From the IMG/VR virus record IMGVR_UViG_3300010885_080481: 64,000 nt of DNA, one strand, 5' to 3'. This stretch comes from a virus. Taxonomy: Duplodnaviria > Caudoviricetes. This document shows, piece by piece, positions 63,588-64,000 of this stretch. Each line of letters begins with the position of its first letter. Positions within the stretch are counted from its first letter, which is position 1. Position numbers and translations under genes: made by a program. The notes below the pieces were generated by a model. It did no database searches. It worked only from the letters and a program-made list of their open reading frames with translations, and was not told where the DNA came from.

Positions 63588-63814
63588 GACCCGGTGTAGG
63601 TGATCTCGTACATTTCGATTGGGTATCCCAGCACAGTGCCACCGGCATCGTGATAGGTGTATGGGATCCACCCAACTACCACAGTGGGATCGATTACACC
63701 TTCGAACTCCTCCAGACCGATGGGAGGAAATTCATCTACGATGTTTTTCGCAACGGGGCCACACCCACCATCCTCGCCCGGTGTAAAACCCACCCGGAAA
63801 GTGATACTCTATAG
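63584..63814 (+). CDS. Small SH3/KOW-like protein
   Basis: 'GVGDLV...TGIVIG...FELLQTDG'. Confidence 0.6.
   Translation: MRPGVGDLVHFDWVSQHSATGIVIGVWDPPNYHSGIDYTFELLQTDGRKFIYDVFRNGATPTILARCKTHPESDTL
63781..63810 (+). promoter_or_regulatory. Putative promoter GTGTAA-N18-TACTCT
   Basis: 6 nt before ATG 63817. Confidence 0.5.
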
Positions 63815-63816
63815 CC

Positions 63817-64000
63817 ATGAAGCTCGGCGATCTACTCATCATCCGTGCTCCTAGCCACTCCTTCCCCAACTCCTGGGTTCGAGGACAGGATCCACACCGA
63901 TACTCCATGGATACTCCGGTGATCTACCTCTCCGAATTCAAGGAGAAAGGGAATAACCCACGTATTTTCTACAACGTTCTCACCCCCACCGGGGAACACA
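63817..64000 (+). CDS. Small SH3/KOW-like protein, 3'-truncated by the window edge
   Basis: MKLGDLLII...PVIYL...YNVLTPTG; not in the ORF track. Confidence 0.55.
   Translation, partial: MKLGDLLIIRAPSHSFPNSWVRGQDPHRYSMDTPVIYLSEFKEKGNNPRIFYNVLTPTGEH

Noticed and set aside
25670-63671. Other long shadow ORFs (25670-26002 +, 28940-29371 -, 49377-49952 -, 63252-63671 -)
   Set aside because: Each overlaps a better-supported gene on the other strand and has no recognisable motifs.
1-64000. Bacterial chromosome or plasmid origin (recA, dnaE, aceA, SOD)
   Set aside because: These genes are interleaved with baseplate, gp32-like SSB, gp56-like, fibre and endolysin genes, without bacterial operon context.
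1-64000. Stop-codon reassignment
   Set aside because: TAG (Hsp20, HD protein), TGA (NrdJ, RecA) and TAA (AceA, ThyA homolog) all end recognisable proteins at expected C-termini, and long genes are uninterrupted.
1-64000. tRNA, tmRNA or rRNA genes
   Set aside because: No cloverleaf or T-loop in a non-coding context was found by eye; GGTTCGA-like hits fall inside ORFs. A tRNAscan run would be definitive.

Overview
Gene-dense 64 kb segment of a large contractile-tailed dsDNA phage (myovirus/jumbo-phage-like). It uses the standard genetic code and is mostly + strand. In order it carries: (1) the end of a baseplate module; (2) a replication and nucleotide block with a pol-domain-only PolA, an HD protein, gp32-like SSB, RecA, dUTPase, 5'-3' exonuclease, DnaB/gp41 helicase, class II RNR, ThyX, Tmk, a gp56-like dCTPase/dUTPase and DnaE; (3) a probable cytosine hypermodification cluster with a dNMP kinase, a T4 BGT-like glycosyltransferase, two NDP-sugar epimerases, an Asp-type thymidylate-synthase homolog, TK and dCMP deaminase; (4) many late-promoter-driven hypothetical proteins that share an N-terminal 'LRxI(I/V)xEE' peptide; (5) auxiliary genes (isocitrate lyase, SOD, Dps-like, IMPDH/GMPR, PMM-like HAD, Hsp20, nitrilase-family enzyme, MBD4-like glycosylase, PolX-like protein); (6) a repeat-rich tail fibre, an endolysin and a family of small SH3/KOW-like genes. 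A Cys-rich lipoprotein, an FGE-domain protein and GC-rich codon islands point tentatively to a myxobacterial or other GC-rich host. The strongest candidates for undescribed biology are the self-contained sugar-hmC DNA modification pathway with a possibly matched repair enzyme, and a putative capsid-targeting/protease-leader signal shared by more than a dozen unrelated proteins. All family calls rest on motifs read by eye and on remembered reference sequences; no searches were run.
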